Positions 1 to 14,427 are shown, counted from the first letter of the stretch. The stretch: DNA of 64,000 bases from Octopus sinensis (GCF_006345805.1 NC_043002.1:89900001-89964000); one strand, 5' to 3'. Notes: a model not told the origin generated them from the letters alone. Made by a program: numbers and translations.

Positions 1-562
1 AATTACACATACAGTATAATGTATCTGTTGATCCTGTGCAGCTTCTGACTGCTCATTTTCAATCACCTCACCTGGCCAATTCAAGGCTATTCAAAAAAAA
101 AAAAAGGACATTCAAAAATACTGAGGAGTGGAATTGAACCTAGGAACTCATGAATGCAAAGCAAACTTCTTAACCACTCACATAGGCCAATCACATATGC
201 TAAATCACTTGCTGAGCCAATGTAAGGCTAACATTTTCTAACTTGTGGCCCTAGTATTTGGAAGTTTCAGATTTGGATGCATTAGTTGATCAATGTCTAT
301 AGAAGATGCCTTATTGGTTCCTGAACAGGATACGTGAACAGGATGTATCTACTCTGTGATGTTAGTACTACATGTTATTGTTGAATTGATGTTAAATGTA
401 GCTAAGCGGACTTGGCCAAGCCATAGGGAAATGAATGTAAAATCAATCAGGAGGATGATTAAGAAATTGTATACAGTTAAGAGCAGCATATTACTATTTT
501 TTATCTCTAATTTCTTTTAGAGTGATTTGTTTTTATAAACAGAATAGTTATTGAGGCTCTTA

Positions 563-722
563 TATACATATACATACATACATACATACATACATACATA
601 CATACATACATACATACATACATACATACATACACACATACATACATACATACATACATACATACATACATACATTCATACATTCACACACACATACATA
701 CATACATACATACATACATACA

Positions 723-752
<30 letters not shown>
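563..752. repeat. (TACA)n microsatellite
   Basis: Direct reading. Confidence 0.97.
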
Positions 753-753
<1 letters not shown>

Positions 754-1333
754 GTATACACACACATGCATTCAGCTAGCTAGCTAGCTAGATATGTGTA
801 TATGTATGTCTGTACGTATAAATTATCAATGAGCGGTAGAAAAATACAACTTTATTTATATGCTTTCTATACACCAGAGAACAGAGGCATGTCAGTTTAT
901 TCCCTGCTGTTTATATTTGTAAGGCAACAAAATAATCACTGTTTTGTTTGCTTTTTTTTTTGTTTTTGCTTTTAAAGAATAGCAATGCCTCTTGGCTTTT
1001 AGAGTTTTCTTATACAAAGATGTTCTGTTGTTGAATATCAGAACTATATGCCTGCAACAGAATATAATTCCATTGGAGAGTATAAAGATCCTTTGATTGG
1101 TTTTCATTGACAAGTATTATCTATTTACCATTGCAGTTAGTGTAATCAATATATTAGTGCCAAACCACCCATGGCCACTGCTAATATTACATTACATCAT
1201 CAGGCAGAGTATTTTACTATGTTTGAACTACTTGTAAAATTAGTCTCACTTGTATATATCTTAGTGGAGTGATCATTTCAGATTGGACAGACACTCAAGA
1301 TTATTAGTGTTGGCAGAACATCATCGTCATCAG

Positions 1334-1364
<31 letters not shown>

Positions 1365-2040
1365 TTTTAACGTCCACTTTCCATGCTAGCATGGGTTGGA
1401 CGATTTTGACTGAGGGCTGGCGAACCAGATGACTGCATCAGGCTCCAATCTTGATCTGCCAGAGTTTCTACAGCTGGATGCCCTTCCTGATGCCAACCAC
1501 TCCGAGAGTGTAGTGGGTGCTTCTTACGTGTCACCGGCACGAGGGCCAGTCAGGCAGTACTGGCAACGACCTCGCTCGAATCTTTTTGCACATGCCACCT
1601 CTACATAATCCTTTCTACTATAGGTACAAGGCCTGGAATTTTGCAGGAGAGGGGTAGTCAATTACATTGTCCCCAGTGCCGAACTGGTACTTATCTTATT
1701 GACCCTGAAAGAATGAAAGGCAAAGTTGACTTGCACAGTGTTTGAACTCAGAATGTAAAAGTAGAGGAAATACTGTGATCTTTCTTTTCAGGTGATTCAC
1801 TAATAGAAGGGGACCATATTTTGACAACATTGACAGGGTAGATATGTGTGTGTGTGCATGTGAGTGCGCATATGCACATGTGTATATGTATGTGTGTATG
1901 CATACATGAATATATATGTACCTGTTTACATATAAGTGTGTACAAACATGGATGTCATTGCATGTGTGGATCTATATGTTTTGACTTACGTATATGTAAA
2001 TACATATATACATACATACATACATACATACATACATACA

Positions 2041-2074
<34 letters not shown>

Positions 2075-2152
2075 CATACACACATACATACATACATACA
2101 TATATATACATACATACATACATATATACATACATACATACATATATATATA

Positions 2153-2205
<53 letters not shown>

Positions 2206-2207
2206 AG

Positions 2208-2399
2208 AATTTGATTTGAAAACCCCACTAGAATGGGAGAAAGCGCTAATAATCTGAATGATATGATCTGAATGATATGATATATATATGTAAAAAATGT
2301 AATATATAAATAAATATCTATAAATATGAACCATCCGATCTTCTGATTACCTCATTTCTTCTAATATATAATACCTGTACATCATCTCCAAACCTTCCA

Positions 2400-2400
<1 letters not shown>
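2208..2400 (+). repeat. Second copy of the 29.5-29.8 kb family
   Basis: Shares TTTGAAAACCCCACTAGAATGGGAGAAAGCGCTAA and ATACCTGTACATCATCTCCAAACCTT. It is flanked on both sides by (TA)n. Confidence 0.85.
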
Positions 2401-2438
<38 letters not shown>

Positions 2439-2649
2439 TATGTATTATATATATATGTCTCTACATATATTTATATGTAGATATTACATACTAAACTTCT
2501 GAAATCTTTTACAAATTGCACAGGCTTTCCTCTATCCTGGATTGTTATGTCTCATATGTATGGAACATATTCCATCCTCTCTTGTAATCTGGTAAACATG
2601 GATAAGTGGTGGGGGGCTGAGGACTCTTGATGGGTTCCTCTGTCTTGAT

Positions 2650-2730
2650 GACTGTTACTTTACTGACTGCGTTGTTGTATATAGTTTGTGAAGCCTTCAC
2701 AAGCCATTCACCAGTATCTAGTTTCCCTAG
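2650..2730 (-). mobile_element. RTE-type LINE RT remnant
   Basis: Minus translation LGKLDTGEWLVKASQTIYNNAVSKVTV resembles the RTE RT segment RKLGVxEWLVxxVQxMYxNAxSxVxV. Confidence 0.55.
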
Positions 2731-3232
2731 TAACTACCAATTTACATATCACGATGGAATCTATCTTTCTCTCTCTCTCTCTCTCTTTTCCCTCTCTCTC
2801 CTTTTCTCTTTTCTGTCTCTCTATCTCTCTACCTATCCATCCATCCATCCATCCATCCATCCATCCACCTGTATCTATTTCCTTAGGGACCACCAATTCA
2901 CAGAGCATGATGGACCATATCTGTCTGTATGTTTGTCTGTCCATCGCTCCATCCATGCATGCATGCATCCATCCATCTGCCTATTCATCCATTCATTGAC
3001 ACACACATATACATTTGCAATATATCCAAGCGATTAAGAAGTTTCCTCCATAACCATAATGTCCCATGGCAAGGCATCTTAAGCAAATTTCTATAGCTTT
3101 GGACCATGCCATATTTTGTGTTTGAAATTGGGTCGACAGAAACTGTAAGGCGCTCATCAACTGGATTGTACTAAAGTACTTCCTTCTCACACACTCTATG
3201 TCATGATGATTCTACCTGAGAATTATGTTCTC

Positions 3233-3455
3233 TTTTTAGCATTTAAACCAGCCATATCCAGCCCCAAATATTCTACTTGTTTTATGTTCGGACTGACTAG
3301 ATCCAGCCTCTTGCGTCTACCCTTATAATGTTATTCTAAGAATATAAACAGCCACATTTTCAAAATCTTGAAGGTTCAAGATAATGCATGATTGTTTCAA
3401 AACTTTATTAATAAATAAGCATTACATTCGACAAAGTAATTTGAATGCTAAAGGG
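3233..3455. mobile_element. piggyBac-like MITE copy
   Basis: TTTAGCATTTAAACC...GAATGCTAAAGGG-TTAA. Further copies lie at ~36893-37095, ~51405-51593 and ~53275-53491. Confidence 0.7.
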
Positions 3456-3587
3456 TTAAGAGTACAAGTGTCTGTGAACTGCTCAGCCACTTATATGCTA
3501 ATCCAAGGGGCAGGCAATTTAGTAGATCAAACAACTGAATTCTCATTGGTTGTAACTGGGGAAACATCAATATATATAAGTGTGTGT

Positions 3588-3626
<39 letters not shown>

Positions 3627-3629
<3 letters not shown>

Positions 3630-3689
3630 AGATTGAACTGAAGTCGGGCAAGCTAACCGTTAGCTTGCCTGACTTCAGTTCAATCTTTC
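3627..3689. repeat. 30-bp near-perfect hairpin
   Basis: GAAAGATTGAACTGAAGTCGGGCAAGCTAA-CCG-TTAGCTTGCCTGACTTCAGTTCAATCTTTC, with a single GU pair. Confidence 0.9.
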
Positions 3690-3767
3690 AGTAGCATGTA
3701 AATTATATGTGGAAAATCAGCATATTGGCTTTGAAATAATATTTCTTTAGCCCTTTCTTATAAGTTG

Positions 3768-3808
<41 letters not shown>

Positions 3809-4041
3809 TGTGTGTGTGTGTGTGTGTATAGTAAATATGAATGCAGTTTTAGTGATTTTGGTAATTTTCTTTATAGAATTAAACAACCTTGCAGTAAATT
3901 CCAAAGGAAATATCATTTCAATGAATCAAATTTAAAGTTATATAAACAGGAAATTATATATGAAGGTGTGGTGTTGGTGATAGTGGTGGTGTATGTATTA
4001 TTAGTGGTGATGGGGAGAGAGTGACAGTAGCAACTGCAGTG

Positions 4042-4094
<53 letters not shown>

Positions 4095-4647
4095 GGTGGT
4101 GTGGGGCCAATAGTTTAAGTGGTGGTGGTAAAGTAGTAATAGTAGTAGAAATGGTGGTAGTGATAGTAACAGTAGAAATATTAGTTGTGGTGGTGGTGGT
4201 GGTGGTGGTGGTGGTAGCAGCAGTTATAGTTGTAGTGATGGTAATACAGTTGTAGTAGTAGTGGAAGAAAACTTAAAACCCCACAAAACCCCATTATTTC
4301 CTGGAAGTAAGAAATGTAACATGAGAGGATGTGTGGAAATTTTATTAAAGGTTTTGACACGAAAATGTGGTATAGTACAAAATGGGTTCATGTGGTTGTT
4401 TAACCTCAAGGTAACATTAACTGAGCTAGCTGACCTATGATCAGAGGTACTCTAGCCATGACATTCCAGTCATTTTCCAATGTGTTTGCCATGACAAAAT
4501 ATTTGGTTGGCTGACAGAACAAGAATATATGTAATGTCCAGATACAAAAATATTTACCTGTCATTAACAGAAAAATGCTGTTGTTACAACGATGACAGAC
4601 AGGAGATATTTACACCTAGTGAATCAGTTCTTGTGTGTCCATGCCAA

Positions 4648-4717
<70 letters not shown>

Positions 4718-7271
4718 ATGTGTGAGCACTGAAAGTGCATTGTTGAGGTCATTGAATTTTATAGCTGAGTGAGCAGTTCCTGCCGAAAGTTGACTTTAGC
4801 TGTGTTACAACCACTGGTCAGTTAATAGACAAACAATGGGCCATCAAAGGACACTAAATAAATACAAAGTTATTAATGATATATCAATATCTTGTTTACA
4901 GCAACTGGAATTCTAATGAGTTCAGCATCTGCTGAGTCTATTGTGCTTTTGATGGTCATCCCTGTCTACTGATAAAAAGAAGTCCTCATGTGTCCACCAA
5001 GGACTTGAATGGCTAGCTATTTGCTGATGTCATCAATCCCTGACAAATTCCCATTTGGGTGTTTATACTTGCTTTCAGTTGGAACACAATGATTTAGATT
5101 CCATTTTTAGGCAGTTAAGTTGGTGTTTGAATATCTGACAATATTTCTGCCTTTTTCTAAGACAGTAGGGGGCGGGGGTGATACTGGTGGTGGTGATTTA
5201 AAGGAAGTTTGAGGGCTATTTCTAGTAGGTCAAAGGACCACATACAGACTACTTTGTTGGCTGTCTTGTATTTTGTGTGTGCTGAACTGACAGCCCTGAA
5301 TATAAATCCTGTTGTAAACAAAATTTGGAGTTAAAATAAAAATAAAATTAGTTGATTTAATAAGTTATTGAAATGTTACCTTTATCTTCAATCTTTTACT
5401 TGTTTCAGTCACTAGACTATGGCCACAGGTGGTGCTCCAGCATGGCCACAGTCTAATGACTGAAACAAATGAAAGATAAAAGATTGGTTGGAGGAGACAT
5501 TTGGACTATGCTGTAGATGACAACTTTAGTATTGGTGATGTAATAAAATACACTCAATCCATGACATGAAGTGTTGTTAAAATGTAAAAACTTGATACTA
5601 ATGATGTTATGTAAAAAACAAAAAACCTTGCCCCTACTGCCTCAAATGACATACACCAATCAAAAGTAGTAGATTTCTCTGTTACTAGATTTTTTAGATG
5701 CCAAAGGATTATAACAAATGCTAAGATACCGTGAGATGTGTCCAGCCTATATGACAGAGTGGAAAATGGACTAAGAATTATGAATGATAGGCTTTAAAAA
5801 CAAACCTTGCTCCTCCTGCCTCAAATGTCATGACTCAACAATGAGTTGAGATTTCTTCTTTGTTATAAAAGATTGTAACAAATGCTGAAATACTGTGAAA
5901 TGTGTCCAACTTATGTGACAGTGGGGAAACCAATCTTAAAACCTTGAAGCTGCCTAACCACTTAATTATTGCAAATGTTAAGGTGGCGAGCTGGCAGAAA
6001 TGTTAGCATGCCGGGCGAAATACTTAGCAGTATTTCGTCTGTCTTTATGTTCTGAGTTCAAATTCTGCCAAGGTCGACTTTGCCTTTCATCCTTTCAGGG
6101 TCGACTGGCTCCCTCCCCCCAAAATGTTAGGCCTTGTGCCTAGAGTAGAAAAGAATTATTGCAAATGGTGTAGTCAAATTTTAGCACAAAGCCAGCAATT
6201 TCAATAGAGGGAGTAAGTCGATTACATTGACCCTATTGTTCAACTGGTACTTGTTTTATTGACCCTGAAAGAATGAAAGGCAAAGTTGACTTCAATGGAA
6301 TTTGCATGTGCAGACAGAAGAAACGCTGCTAACATTTTGCCTAACTTGTTAATGATTTTACCAGCTTGTTACCTTTAATTCATCATCATCGTCATCATCT
6401 GTTTTCCATGCTGGCATGGGTTGGACGGTTTGATTGAGGGTTGGCGAGCCAGAAGGCTGCACCAGGCTCCAATCTGATCAGGCAAAGTTTCTACAGCTGG
6501 ATGCCCTTCCTAACGCTAACCACTCCGAGAGTGTAGTGGGTGCTTTTACATGCCACCGGCATGAGGGCCAGTCTGGTGATTGCAAATATTAATGCTCTAT
6601 ATGTTGCTTTTGTTTGACAGATTATTGAAGACTGTTGAGTTGATGTTTATAAAGACTGTAGTCATCATCACCGTCATTATTGTTTTAACATCTACTTTTC
6701 CATGCTTGCAGTAGGTTCATGCATTACTATTGAAGCATCACTTAACTACTTAAAAGGAAGGAACACAATATCATGGCCCCTTTGCTATTTGGAAACTGTC
6801 TGAAAAACAACACACAACAATGTGGGTTGCTTATTTCTCTTCTTTCTGTACACCCTACTCCACTTCCTGTGATGTTCTGTAATAATTTAGGGTTGGATCA
6901 GGGGAGTTATCATGAAGGATACCAAACTGAGTCAAATCTTTTGGAGTGTCTAGTTTGGTATGTTAAATTTCTGTGGTCACATCCTGCTCAGCTTGTGTTA
7001 ACGTGTCATATCTCTGGAATGTCCTGCTAATTTTTGCTGGTTTTATAATGGTATTGAATTAATTATGCGTTACTTTTAAGATTTGCATTACTATCTTACT
7101 CGAATTAGGATAACATTGAATGTCATTAAGGAATCATAATGTCAAAAGGTGGGGTCACCATGCCCTGTGACCATGATTGAGACAACATTCCATGTCACTG
7201 AGATTGGGATGTATCATATAAGCTAGTTTAGAGAAATCTATTATACATGAGTGTTGTATTTTACATTATTT

Positions 7272-7868
7272 TCTTTTACTTGTTTCAGTCATTTGACTGT
7301 GGCCATGCTGGAGCACCGCCTTTAGTCAAGCAAATCGACCTCAGGACTAGCACTTATTCCATCTGTCTCTTTTCACCGAACCACTAAGTTATGGGGACGT
7401 AAACACACCAGTATCGGTTGTCAAGCGATGTTGGAGGGACAAGCAAAGACTCACAAACATATACACACACATACATATATATATACATATATACGATGGG
7501 CTTCTTTCAGTTTCCATCTAACAAATCCACTCACAAGGCTATAGTAGAAAACACTTGCCCAAGGTGCCACGCAGTGGGACAGAACCCGGAACCATGTGGT
7601 TGGTAAGCAAGCTACGTATTTCTTTACTATCCACAAGGTGCCAAACACAGAGGGGACAAACAAGGACAGACAAATGGATTGAGTCGATTACATCGACCCC
7701 AGTGCGTAACTAGTACATAATTTATCGACCCCGAAAGGATGAAAGGTAAAGTCGACCTTGGCGGAATTTGAACTCAGAACGTAATGCGAGACGAAATACG
7801 GCTATGCATTTCGCCCGGCATGCTAACATTTCTGCTAGCTCGCCGTTACTTACCACACACCCACTCCT
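7272..7868 (-). mobile_element. SINE family C interrupted by family B (7616-7845)
   Basis: The C sequence breaks at AAGCTAC (7615) and resumes at TTACTTACCACAC (7846). Confidence 0.8.
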
Positions 7869-8015
7869 GATGAGGAGTCTACACAACTTTTGTATTGTTA
7901 TTTTTTGTATGAAAGAATTTAACATTTTCTTGATATTTTTCTTATAATGACAATTCTATAAAAGTGGACTCAAACCTGATAGTTTACAATGAAAATATTT
8001 TGAACTAGTTTATGT

Positions 8016-8051
<36 letters not shown>

Positions 8052-8529
8052 GTTTAACGTCCGTTCTCCATGCTAGCATGGGTTGGACGGTTTGACCGGG
8101 GATCTGGGAAGCCAGAAGGCTGCACCAGGCTCCAGTCTTATCTGGCAATGTTTCTACAGCTGGATGCCCTTCCTAACGCAACCACTCTGTGAGCATAGTG
8201 GGTGCTTTTTACGTGCCACCCGCACAGGTGCCAGGCGAGGCTGGCAACGGCCACGGTCGGATTGGTGCATTTTACGTGCCACCGGCACGGAAGCCAGTTG
8301 GGGCGGCGCCGGCATCGGCCACGATTTGGATAGTATATATATATATGTTTACATATACTCATGTATGCCAGGTTTCTTTCAGTTTCCATCTACCAAATCC
8401 ACTTACAAAACTTTGGTTGGCCTGAGGCTATAGTAGAAGATACTTGCCCAAGGTACCATGCAGAGGAATTTAACCTGGAACCTTGTGGTTGAGAAGCAAA
8501 CTTCTTTACCACACAGACACACCTGCACC

Positions 8530-8577
8530 TATGATATATATACATATATATATATATTTATATTGGTATATGTATAT

Positions 8578-8620
<43 letters not shown>

Positions 8621-8625
8621 TATAT

Positions 8626-8678
<53 letters not shown>

Positions 8679-8707
8679 TATATATATACATATATATATA
8701 TACATAT

Positions 8708-8771
<64 letters not shown>

Positions 8772-8840
8772 TATATGTATATTTATGTATATATATATGT
8801 ATATATATATGTATATTTATGTATATGTATGTATAGACAA
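8530..8840. repeat. (TA)n microsatellite
   Basis: Direct reading. Similar long tracts lie at 2000-2200, 25370-25485, 34300-34440, 47301-47700 and 55790-55890. Confidence 0.97.
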
Positions 8841-9670
8841 ATACACACATGTATTTCCAAATATTTCTAGATAGTTCAAGTAGTTTTATTTAAGTACCTG
8901 ACTGCTTATGACAAACACTCCCCCCATACATCATCCCACAACTTTGTGCCATCACTTACCAGTGTGTTCTGTACCCTCAGGTTTAATATATAAGCCAAAT
9001 ACTTTGATTCTAAGCCAGTTAGTTAAGTCATTGATTTTTATCTTCGTTTGTTTTCTGTTGAAAGAAAACTAAACACTGGACAAAAGCTTGTTTAAAGAAT
9101 ATGATGGCTTTTCCACTTTGCTCACTCTCTGTCTCTCTCTATTCCCTTACCTTTCTCTCCCTCTCACTTTTCCATCTTCATTTATTTTCTCTTTTACTCT
9201 CTCTCTCTCTCTTACTCAGTTTGTCCTTCTCTGAGTGTTTTTGTTCTCTTCTTTCTCTTAGTTTGTGCCATGAAAACAACAGGTGTTTATGAAAAGGAAT
9301 TCCTGTTGATATTTCAGATATAATAGAAATGGTTTTACTTCATTCACTACTAAATATACCTATAATATATAAAAATATATGATTATAATACATATTATGC
9401 ATTACATAGAATAATATGTATTATGTATAATAATCAAATAATACTTATAATATATATCTATCATCATCATCATCATCATCATCATCGTTTAATGCCTGCT
9501 TTCCAAGCTAGCATGGGTTGGATGATTTGACTGAGGTCTGGCGAACCAGATGGCTGCACCAGACTCCAATCTGATCTGGCAGAGTTTCTACAGCTAGATG
9601 CCCTTCCTAATGCCAACCACTCTGAGAGTGTAGTGGGTGCTTTTACATGCCACCAGCACGAGGGCCTTTC

Positions 9671-9900
9671 GGCGGCGAGCTGGCAGAAATGTTAGCACGC
9701 CGGGCGAAATGCTTAGCAGCATTTTGTCTGCCGTTACGTTCTGAGTTCAAATTCCGCCATGGTCGACTTTGCCATTCATCCTTTCGGGGTCGATAAATTA
9801 AGTACCAGTTACGTACTGGGGCGATGTAATCGACTTAATACCTTTGTCTGTCCTTGTTTGTCCCCTCTATGTTTAGCCTCTTGTGGGTAATAAAGAAATA
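9671..9900 (+). mobile_element. SINE family B (GGCGGCGAGCTGGCAGAA...GTTCAAATTCC...CTTTCATCCTTTCGGGGTCGATAAA)
   Basis: Full copy with a B-box-like GAGTTCAAATTCC. More than a dozen partial copies occur, e.g. 5980-6150, 6200-6375, 10280-10490, 22200-22980, 23815-24030, 26700-26900, 27570-27715 and 53720-54335. Confidence 0.85.
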
Positions 9901-10899
9901 GGTACTGGCAGCGGCCATGCTCAAATGGTGCTTTTTATGTGCCACCTGCACAGGAGCCAGTCCAGCGGCACTGGCAGTGACCTTGCTTGAATGTTTTTTT
10001 ACGTACCACCAGCATAAGTACCAGTAAGGCGACGCAGGTAACGATCACGCTCGAATGGTGCTTTTTATGTGCTATTAGCACAGAAGCCAGATATATATAT
10101 ATATATATATATATAATACTATGATATATATTTATATATACACACACATATATATATATCTATGTATGTTTGTGTGTGTGTGTGTGTGTTATATAATAAC
10201 ATAATACTAATTCTATATGTATTATATATGTAGTAATAAAATAATGCTAATATATATTATATGTAATAATGATCATTTTTACTAAAGGGACAAGACCTGC
10301 GATTTTGGGAGAAGGGGCTAGTCAATTACATGGACCCCAGTGTTTCAGTGGTACTTAATTTAATGACCCCCAGAAGAATGAAGGGCAAAGTTGACCTTGG
10401 TGGTGTTTGAACTCAGTATGTAAAAGTGGCCAAAATGCCACTAAGCATTTTGCCGGGTGCACTAACAATTCTGCCAACTCACTGCCTTGAATAATAATAA
10501 TAATAATAGTAATATGTACATTTTATAATAATAACAGTTTAATACTTAATTATATAGTACATATTTGATAAGATCTATCAATACAGCTATATAAGTGTAC
10601 ATTTTCAATACTTACTAATAATTATAATTATTGATTTCCATGTAGGGAAAGGTTACGGTTGGTTATAGGTAGGGGCCACACATACACCAATAAACATAAT
10701 TCATTTCCAGATGGGTGCTGTAATGGGAAAGGGTACAGTTGATTTAATTGACCTGAGTACTTAACTGGTATTCTATTTCATTGATGCAAAAGAATGAAAG
10801 ACAAAGCTGACCTCAGATTGAACTCGGAATGTAAAGGATCGAATCTAATTACAGGATGGCATTTTAGCAGATGCTCTAATGATTTTCTCTGTCAGCTGA

Positions 10900-11334
10900 T
10901 AGTGATGATGATGATGACCAAATTCCACCATTATTATCACTACCACCACCACTACTGTCACTACCACCACCAATACTGTCACTACCACCACCAACACTGT
11001 CACTACCACCACCAACACTATCACCAGCATCATTAATGCTATCTCCATCATCAATGCTACTGTCATTATAATCACCACCACCACCACCACCACCATCACC
11101 ACCACCACCACCACCACCACTATTGTTGTTGCCACCACCACCAGTGACACCAACATCATCATTGCCACCATCACCACCCCAATAAAAACAGCTAACACCA
11201 TCACCACCCCTACCAATGCGATCACAGCCTTCCACCAAATCATAAAGAAAAAGTCAAGCAAGATAAATAACAGCACACAAAACAACTCTCAGGACTATAC
11301 TTCTGCAATTGAAATAAAAATAATAATAATAATG

Positions 11335-11397
<63 letters not shown>

Positions 11398-11520
11398 ATA
11401 ATAATAATAATAATAATAATAATAGTAATAATAACAATAACAACAACAACAATAATGATAATAATAATAATAATAATAACAACAGCAGCAGCAACAACAA
11501 CAACAACAACAATGCTTTAA
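10900..11520. repeat. Compound trinucleotide repeats (CAC/TAC/AAT/AAC)
   Basis: Direct reading. Similar tracts lie at 4040-4260, 22508-22725 and 30700-31370. Confidence 0.95.
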
Positions 11521-11964
11521 TTGCGGAGTGTTGAGATGAAAGTCACCCAAATACTATTAGTAATGATTTATTCCTTGAATACTACAGGGTTACAAGAGGC
11601 AACATCAACAACAATAACAATAATAACAGTATTTAATTATTTAACAATATTAATTCTGACCAAGGACAGTAGACAATAGTAAATATATAATACAAACAAC
11701 ACCACCAACACCAACACTGAGTTCAAATTCTTGCATTAATCAACTTAACCTTTCGTCCCCACCACTGAGCTCTGTGTATAAACTTAGACGCCAAATCTAA
11801 ATAAACAATAAGTAGATTAGATGAAGACAATCAATCTCTTTTAGAAAAAAAAAAATCTATATATTTGCCAGAAATTCTTCCTTGTATCGAAAGGTTAGTA
11901 GAGAAGATAGTTTAAATTTAACACCCCTCACCTATTATGACTTGGCTCTGGTCATGAATGACCA

Positions 11965-12600
11965 TTCTACAGCTCATCTATCGATAAATAACTACAGCTC
12001 ACCTAGCAATATGTACTACGAGCCACTTACAAATAAGTACTACATCTCTCCTACTGATATGCACTACAGATCAACTATTAGTAAATACTATAGCTCTTCT
12101 ATTGGTATACACTATGGATCAGCTACTAAATAAGTACTATAGCTCTTCTAGTGACATGCACTACAGATCACCTACTAATAAGTACTACATCTCTCCTACT
12201 GACATGCACTACAGATCAACTATTAAAAAATACTATAGCTCTTCTATTGGTATACACTATGGATCAGCTACTAAATAAGTACTACAGCTCTTCTAGTGAC
12301 ATGCACTACAGATCACCTACTAATAATTACTACATCTCTCCTACTGACATGCACTACAGATCAACTATTAAAAAATACTATAGCTCTTCTATTGGTATGC
12401 ACTATGGATCAGCTACTAATAAGTACTATAGCTCTTCTATTGATATGCACTACCAGTCAATTACCAATTAGTACTATAGCTCTTCTGTTGATATTCACTA
12501 TGGATCACCTACTGACAAGTACTACAGCTCATTTTCTGTCATGGCTCAACTAGCTCACCTATTAATATGACTCATTTACTAATACTACATGTCATTTAAC
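11965..12600. repeat. Hierarchical minisatellite (24-bp half-unit, 48-bp unit, ~145-bp higher-order repeat)
   Basis: About 12 units starting ACTAYAGCTC/ACTACATCTC cycle in an A-B-C order. Confidence 0.9.
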
Positions 12601-14427
12601 ACTGATACTACAGCTGAACTGCCACTGTACCAAAATTTAGAATTAATAATAACAATGATTTTTAATATTGGCATATGACCAACAAATTAGTATGTAACTG
12701 GTACTTGTTTATGTAACTGGTTTTGGCTTCTTGAAAGGGTGAACAGTAAGAGTGACCTGGTGTGATTTGAACTAAATACTATAAAATATTTTGTGTGACT
12801 CTTTAACACTTCTGCCAATGCACTGCTGTAATATTGATAATATTGAAGATTATTGGAGCAAGGTATTTTTATGTAAAGACATAAAGAGTAGAACCAGCAA
12901 GTCATGTTACTATTTATTTAGTAAATGAGACAAGATGATAATCAAAGATGAATCACGTAGAATATGTACTCAGTAACAAAGTAAATGGTACATCTTCTAG
13001 TCTGTAATTCTATAATTAGTCTCAAATCTTCAGGAATAATAATAATAATGATAATAATAATATAATAATAATAATAATAATAATAATGCCATCATTTTAT
13101 TAGATTTAATAATATCTCTAAGACTATCATGTTTAATTAAGTTGCAAAGATAGATGAGTATTTAATTAATTATTTCTGTAATTAAGTCTCAATCTAGTGT
13201 TGAAACGTTATCTCCTCATCTTTACTGAAAGAAATTTCATATATTCCTATTATTGTTAAAGGGTATATGTAACAGAATATTGACTTCTTCATTATCAACC
13301 ACGTATTTTTTTTCCACTTTTAAAGAGATATCAACCTTAATTTTTTTTTTTTTTTAAGAGATATGAGATCTCTTTGAAAATCATCTCTGTACCAGGAGCA
13401 GTATGGCAACAACCCAGATTTTACTTATGAATTTGATCCTCTTTGAGAAATACTTAAATGGTAGCTTGATAGACAACATTAGATTTTATTTGAACATAGG
13501 TAATGGACCAAAACCCACTTTTACTAATTCTCAAGTCATTGAAATCCTCCCTTTCTCAATATGTATATATACCATCATCATCATCATTGTTGCTTTCCAT
13601 GCTAGCATGGGTATATATATATATATATAAACATAAATGTTGGAAAATGAGAATGAGTGCTCAACACTGCATTGGTGGATAAATGATATATACATATACA
13701 TACACACTCACACACACACACACACACCACACACACACACCACACACACACACACACACACATATATGTATATATATATATCATCAGTAAGTTTCGTATA
13801 TCTGTAAAAGAAGCACACCCTGAAGTATTGGAGCAATAATGTATATTTCTAGGAAGTTAAGAGTTTTGGCTGGTCATAAATTGACCATAGGTTTTGCACC
13901 TATAAAGTATGGGTGACTTGTCAAGCTCAAATGGCTGAAGGCACGTAACCAATCTACAACAAAAAGTGGTCATGCTGGAGTACTGCCTTAAAGGGTATTT
14001 TAGTTGAAGAAATCGAACCCAGGTCTTATTCTTTGTAAGCCTAGTTCTTATTTTATTGGTCCTTTTTGCCAAACAGCTAAGTTATAGAGATATAAACACA
14101 CCTGCATCAGGTGTGAAGTGATGGTGGGGTGGGGTCACAAACACAAACACAAAGACGCCTTTTACTTGTTTAAGTTATTGGATTTTGGCCATACTGAGGT
14201 ACTACCTTGAAGGGCTTTTAATTGAACAAATCAAGCCTAGTATTCATTTATTTTTTTTTAAAGCCAGGTACTTATTCTATTGGTCTCTTTTGCCAAACTG
14301 CTAAGCTATTGAGATGTAAGCAAACCAGCAATGGTTGTCAAACAGTTGAATGGGAAGTGGTGGGGGAACACAGACACAAAGGTAAATACCCATGCACACA
14401 CATGTATGTATGTATGTATGTATATAT

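Noticed and set aside
7860-7900. CTGATGA at ~7867 as a hammerhead
   Set aside because: The CTG belongs to the end of SINE family C, and no GAAA follows the putative stem II.
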